Positions 49,146-55,087 of a stretch of DNA of 55,087 nt are shown piece by piece (position 1 is the first letter of the stretch; every line of letters starts with the position of its first letter). The notes under the pieces were generated by a model. That model searched no databases. It was given only the letters and a program-made list of their open reading frames with translations, and was not told the DNA's origin. This DNA is from Octopus bimaculoides (lineage: Eukaryota): the NCBI RefSeq assembly GCF_001194135.2, contig NC_068987.1:53813233-53868319 (forward strand). Reading direction: 5' to 3'. Position numbers and translations under genes: made by a program.

Positions 49146-49673
49146 TATAACACTCAATGATTCGTGCGTAAACAAGCATATAAAAGGGGACACAAAGTTA
49201 CTGGATATTTGGTTTAGGAAGACTAAAAACCTTGCAAAAGCTATCAACTAAGCAAATGATCTCTAAATACATTAAAAACACTATAACGTCTTCTTTGAGC
49301 ACATAAAAGACAAATTTAGCGGGGGCAAAACGAGTAAGACAAAATAAGGTAAATTTGTATTTGTCCCTTCAATTCACCAGAATTACATTTGAGAATAGAC
49401 TCATACACATCAATATCTATCCTTTGACATTAGAAAGATGAGAAATGCAACAAAAAATATAAAATATCTAGATCAAATCAAAAGAGGATCGTAGAAGGAA
49501 GGCACATGATATGACACTAACGGAACTCGACTAAATCAAAAACCTAAACATGAAATATTTTCTATAGCTTCCACCGAGCAGTTAAAGACAAGAAATTATT
49601 GAAATTAGTTATTAATCATTATGCTCGAATTCAGACATCATTTTTTTGAGAACTGAAAATGTTCAAATTAGAC

Positions 49674-50254
49674 ATTAGTTTGTGAAAAAATTGGCTTGGA
49701 ATCCAACAAAAAAAAAAACGTAATTTATTGTTAAACACCAAAAATTATTCAGATATTTTATTAGTAATCCCAATTAAAATCAGGTTATGGAAATGTTTCT
49801 TGAAAATGAAGTCCCGTTCACCTGTCTGTTTCAAGCTGTCTCAACTTCAACAAAAATCAACGTGCAGCATGGAGTTCTTCTGCTGCACGACAACACCCGC
49901 CCTCATATCACCAATATCACCAAGGAAGCCATTCAAACGCATGGCTGCCACACCCGATCTACTCTCTCCTGATTTGGCACCAACGGATTTCCACCCCTTT
50001 CGATCTCTTTCAAATGCTATGCGCGGAGTTTCGTTCAATACTGATGCAGAATTCAGAGCTTGGTTGGATCGATTTTTCGAGTTGAAATGGGGTGATTTCT
50101 ACCAACAAGGTATTGAAAGTCTTGTTGAACTTTGGGAAGAAGTTGTAAACAACAAGGGTGAATACATTATTGATTAATTAGTAGTTATTTTTTTATTAAA
50201 CCTTTTAAAAAATTTAAAATTTAAAAAACGGCGGGAACTTAGTTGCCAATCTAA
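49674..50254 (+). mobile_element. mariner (DD34D-type) relic, C-terminal part with right TIR
   Basis: LLLHDNTRPH and SPDLAPTDFHPFRSL...FYQQGIESLVELWEEVVNNKGEYIID*; right end TTAGTTGCCAATCTAA|TA; weak left TIR near 49674. Confidence 0.85.
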
Positions 50255-50573
50255 TACATACACACACAGACACACATTTTACAAAGGTGAAAAATTAAAT
50301 AAATTCCAAAGAACAACACACACATATTCGTATGTGTACCTAAACATGTGTATATGTCATCAGCAGATTTCTAAAAAACGTAATCAACTTTACCATCCGC
50401 AGAAATGGCTACCCTGGAATTAATTTATTACCTTTGTTATTAAATAAATATATACATAGCAACATAAAGAGTATCAGTGAAATGTTTCCATCCAAACTTT
50501 TACTATGTGCTAAAAGATACTAACGTATATTCGCGCACATGCACTTACACGTACATTCATACATTAATAAATA

Positions 50574-50880
50574 CTAGCTGAACCCGTGAAAATTTCATGG
50601 AAAATATAAAACATGTAAGCAACTGTAAATAGTGACTTCATTTAATAACTATCGGATAATTATGTATAAGCAGGACCCTGTAATAAACAATAGTAGTAGT
50701 ACTGTTGCATTGTGACTTTATTGCAAATTCTTGTTTACCACTGTTGCACATGTTCCATACTTATGTGCCAACCATGTTCTCTATATGGAAATAGTATTGG
50801 ATAAATCATAGGATCTAAATGCTGCGAGTGATACGATATTTGCTGTCTTTGTTCACCTAGTAGATATATATTAGTATATC
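50574..50880 (-). mobile_element. Possible short Helitron-like element
   Basis: CTAG at 50574-50577 next to the palindrome CCGTGAAAATTTCATGG (50584-50600); the 5' boundary is uncertain. Confidence 0.4.
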
Positions 50881-51418
50881 ATGAATATCCTCGCTCTCTC
50901 TCTCTGTGTATCTCTCTCTTCCCCTCTCTCCCCTTTTCGTCCTATGTATCTTGTTGCTTGTCACCCATCCTCCTGTAGTAATGAAAAGTAAAAGTAACAT
51001 CCAATATTCACTGTGGTTATTTGTCTTTGATTTAACAATGTGTCGATATATCTATGTATCTACTTTTCTTTAGATGTATGCATCTGTCTAGTCTGAAAAT
51101 ACTAATAAACATTTAAAAACAGAAAACAAACACCACCTCCCTTTCAGTCACCTCTCTCTCTCTCTCTCTTTCTCTATCTATCTATTTATCTCTTTCTCTC
51201 TCACTCCCTCTCTATCAATCCTCTCTCTCGCTTTGCCACTCACCTCAACAACATCTCCACTGCTTAACACCTTTTATTTTTCTTTGAACCTCACCCTTCA
51301 ACTGTAGATAAGTAACAGTAACAGCCACAGGTATTTGCTGAAAGAGAGACAGACAATGGGAGAGAGAGAGTGCGTGTGTGAGAGAGAGGCACACAGACAG
51401 AATAACTGCGAGATAGAT

Positions 51419-51504
<86 letters not shown>

Positions 51505-51507
<3 letters not shown>

Positions 51508-53765
51508 TAAATGTTTCTTTATTGGTCACATGGGGCTGAACACAGAGGGGACAAAATACAAAGTAGAGATTTTCTTTTTGAGAAGAAGAGCAAAACGTGG
51601 GTCGAATTTCGATCAAAAGGGATCGTGGAATAAAAACAGAAAAGGAATGGCCGATCAATAGGGATCGTGTAACACATAAATGTCAATACAAAAGGGGAAA
51701 ACAGATTAGGTTTATCCGTGGAAAGAAAAGCTTACGGAAAAGACCACGGTAACCTTGGGAAATATTGTCATGCAAAAAAACACATTACAGTTAGTGACTT
51801 TCTTTTTCCTATCTTTTTTGGTTCCTAGGATTATGCTCAAGCTGACTCCGTCATTCACACGTGCCATCCCTGCTACGTTCACCCATCTTTTTTTTAAACA
51901 TTCACTAGACAAAACTTCCCTCTCTACTCTCACCTTCCTCTTCAAGTGATACTTGAAGAAGTTGATGAGATTGACCAGAGAGGAAAGTGTTTATCTCAAG
52001 ACCTTTCAGATGCGTCCTCCATACACATTCTTTCGCCATAGCTACAAGTACGATGAAAATGGCTCTTTCTTCCCGTTTCAAGGAAGGAGGTGCGACAATA
52101 TTCACGATAGACTTGGTTGATAAACCGACTCGTCCCACACGCGATAGCATTCAGTTGACATGGGCCCACAGGTCGGAACTGGTTGGACACTGTACGAGTG
52201 CATGTAGGACGGTTTCGTCGTTCTGACCACATCTCGGGCAGGTCGGCCCCGTGTTTCTCAAGTCATGCCTGTAGAGCTTATCCCGAGCGAATAGCGCTTC
52301 TCGATAGCACTGCTAGGCCAAGGATCTCTGGAAGTTCATAGGTCCCGGCCAGAAAGTCGTCTTGAACATGCGGGTCAGGTATTCCTCATCAACGCCCAGG
52401 TTCGCCCCGAGATCGTCGTTGTACCTCCCCTCCACTAATCCCCTATAGAATGCTTTAGTTGTGTTGAAGTCGCTCAAAGTTGTCCCGGGGCGGCGCAGTT
52501 GCTTGAGAGCAACGCGACACTCGCGGTGCCATTCGCCCTTCCTNNNNNNNNNNNNNNNNNNNNNNNNNNNNNNNNNNNNNNNNNNNNNNNNNNNNNNNNN
52601 NNNNNNNNNNNNNNNNNNNNNNNNNNNNNNNNNNNNNNNNNNNNNNNNNNNNNNNNNNNNNNNNNNNNNNNNNNNNNNNNNNNNNNNNNNNNNNNNNNNN
52701 NNNNNNNNNNNNNNNNNNNNNNNNNNNNNNNNNNNNNNNNNNNNNNNNNNNNNNNNNNNNNNNNNNNNNNNNNNNNNNNNNNNNNNNNNNNNNNNNNNNN
52801 NNNNNNNNNNNNNNNNNNNNNNNNNNNNNNNNNNNNNNNNNNNNNNNNNNNNNNNNNNNNNNNNNNNNNNNNNNNNNNNNNNNNNNNNNNNNNNNNNNNN
52901 NNNNNNNNNNNNNNNNNNNNNNNNNNNNNNNNNNNNNNNNNNNNNNNNNNNNNNNNNNNNNNNNNNNNNNNNNNNNNNNNNNNNNNNNNNNNNNNNNNNN
53001 NNNNNNNNNNNNNNNNNNNNNNNNNNNNNNNNNNNNNNNNNNNNNNNNNNNNNNNNNNNNNNNNNNNNNNNNNNNNNNNNNNNNNNNNNNNNNNNNNNNN
53101 NNNNNNNNNNNNNNNNNNNNNNNNNNNNNNNNNNNNNNNNNNNNNNNNNNNNNNNNNNNNNNNNNNNNNNNNNNNNNNNNNNNNNNNNNNNNNNNNNNNN
53201 NNNNNNNNNNNNNNNNNNNNNNNNNNNNNNNNNNNNNNNNNNNNNNNNNNNNNNNNNNNNNNNNNNNNNNNNNNNNNNNNNNNNNNNNNNNNNNNNNNNN
53301 NNNNNNNNNNNNNNNNNNNATTACGTCCCCCTTGTTTGGGTGTTTCTTTGGCTCGAGTAATTAGTGTCCCTGTTCATCTACCAGAGACCGAATGGCGGCT
53401 TTGTTGCCTTGTTGCGCCTCTGAGAGCCGAGCCTCTTGCGCGGCTCCAACAACTTCGTTCCTTAGAGCACGCATCCTAGCCCTGACAACACACCCTTCGT
53501 GTTTGGCGTTGAAGTGTTGGTCGAGGGCCAGCCTCGCCGCCAAAACGTCGGATACGATGCCACTTCTAATCGCCTCTTCTTAACTAGGCCACCCTCTAAT
53601 CTGTTTCCTTCTATGGCTAGTGCTTTGCTATACCTAATCGCTCCTGCTTCCATTGCTCTCTTAAGGGCAAACTACCGTTTGTTTGTTTTATTTATGATGG
53701 CTCCCGTCAAAGCCATCTTTACTAGCGTACTAATCCGGTCTCTGAAAACCTGTTTCGATGGGAAA
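51505..53765 (-). mobile_element. Tx1/L1-clade LINE, 5'-truncated and internally deleted, 3' end abutting (TC)n
   Basis: Minus frames read AIRYSKALAIE, LDQHFNAKHEGCVVRARMRALRNE (EN-RT linker), and LSRVGRVGLSTKSIV...KRKVRVEREVLSSECLKKRWVNVAGMARVN (ORF2 C-terminus). AATAAA at 51518-51523 (minus) is followed by the (TC)n tract 51420-51504. Confidence 0.75.
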
Positions 53766-54410
53766 GACAGACAGACAGACAGACAGACAGATAGATAGAC
53801 AGATAGAAAGATACAGACAGACAGACAAATAGATAGATAGATAGATAGATAGATAAGACAGATATGTAGGTAGGTAGGTAGGTAGGTAGGTAAGTAGGTN
53901 NNNNNNNNNNNNNNNNNNNNNNNNNNNNNNNNNNNNNNNNNNNNNNNNNNNNNNNNNNNNNNNNNNNNNNNNNNNNNNNNNNNNNNNNNNNNNNNNNNNN
54001 NNNNNNNNNNNNNNNNNNNNNNNNNNNNNNNNNNNNNNNNNNNNNNNNNNNNNNNNNNNNNNNNNNNNNNNNNNNNNNNNNNNNNNNNNNNNNNNNNNNN
54101 NNNNNNNNNNNNNNNNNNNNNNNNNNNNNNNNNNNNNNNNNNNNNNNNNNNNNNNNNNNNNNNNNNNNNNNNNNNNNNNNNNNNNNNNNNNNNNNNNNNN
54201 NNNNNNNNNNNNNNNNNNNNNNNNNNNNNNNNNNNNNNNNNNNNNNNNNNNNNNNNNNNNNNNNNNNNNNNNNNNNNNNNNNNNNNNNNNNNNNNNNNNN
54301 NNNNNNNNNNNNNNNNNNNNNNNNNNNNNNNNNNNNNNNNNNNNNNNNNNNNNNNNNNNNNNNNNNNNNNNNNNNNNNNNNNNNNNNNNNNNNNNNNNNN
54401 NNNNNNNNNN

Positions 54411-54690
54411 ATATATACATACATACGACGGGCTTCTTTCAGTTTCCGTCTACCAAATCCACTCACAAGGCGTTGGTCTGCCCGAGGCTATAGTAGTAGA
54501 TACTTGCCCAAGGTGCCACGCAGTGAGACTGAACACAGAGCCTATATATATATATACATTAGTCCCCGCACAGTGCCCATCTACCAAATTCACACACAAG
54601 AACACAATGCATTAGTCGGTCAGTGACCACAGTAGAAAATACTAACCCACGGTGCAACGCAGTGTAACTGAACCTGAAACTGCGAATTTT
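54411..54690 (-). mobile_element. Two tandem SINE family 1 head modules (one young, one diverged)
   Basis: ACGACGGGCTTCTTTCAGTTTCCGTCTACCAAATCCACTCACAAGG...GCCCAAGGTGCCACGCAG, then a decayed repeat of the same module. Confidence 0.7.
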
Positions 54691-54821
54691 TGAAGCGAAA
54701 TTCTTGATATAAATAATTATATTATTTATCAGGGAATAATCTTCTAAATAAAATCAGGACACGTTTTCTTGCGAAAAATTCAAAGATTTTCAATTTACGT
54801 CGTCTAGAATAAGCACACACA

Positions 54822-54865
<44 letters not shown>

Positions 54866-55087
54866 CCATCAAATGCATGTATTCATACGTCAAACATACA
54901 GATAGTCTATCAGTCATACACACGTACGAGCAACACATACACACACATAGTTACACAAACAGACACATACACACATGTACGTATTCGTATGTATTCTCTA
55001 AAAGCAAACACATTCGCACTATAGAGGAAAATATTTGCATACGTGTATATACATGGAAACCTATACGCATATATATATATATATATA

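Noticed and set aside
22609-54466. Long ORFs (130-455 aa) in the ORF track
   Set aside because: They are made of X (N-gaps) and microsatellite translations (poly-HT, YI, CV); they are not genes.

Overview
AT-rich eukaryotic draft-assembly DNA with 17 N-gaps (~8 kb) and very dense microsatellites. The SINE families and repeat landscape look like a coleoid cephalopod (Octopus-type) genome; this is inferred from pattern recognition, not from a database search. I recognise no intact host protein-coding gene. The window is a transposon graveyard. It holds two tRNA-derived SINE families in many copies, DNA-transposon relics (maT DD37D, mariner, piggyBac, Buster-type hAT, MITEs, non-autonomous Helitrons), and retroelement relics (Penelope-like, R4/Dong-like, CR1-like, Tx1/L1-like). 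Best observations: (1) an apparently intact minimal type I hammerhead ribozyme behind a Penelope GIY-YIG fragment, plus four decayed hammerhead-like motifs; (2) a 163-bp, 1-mismatch inverted pair of Helitron 3' ends bracketing a maT relic; (3) three R4-like LINEs stacked in each other's (AAT)n tails; (4) an isolated 84-nt pre-miRNA-like hairpin; (5) several other fold-back structures that could be dsRNA/ADAR substrates if transcribed. All long ORFs in the supplied track are artefacts of N-gaps or microsatellites.
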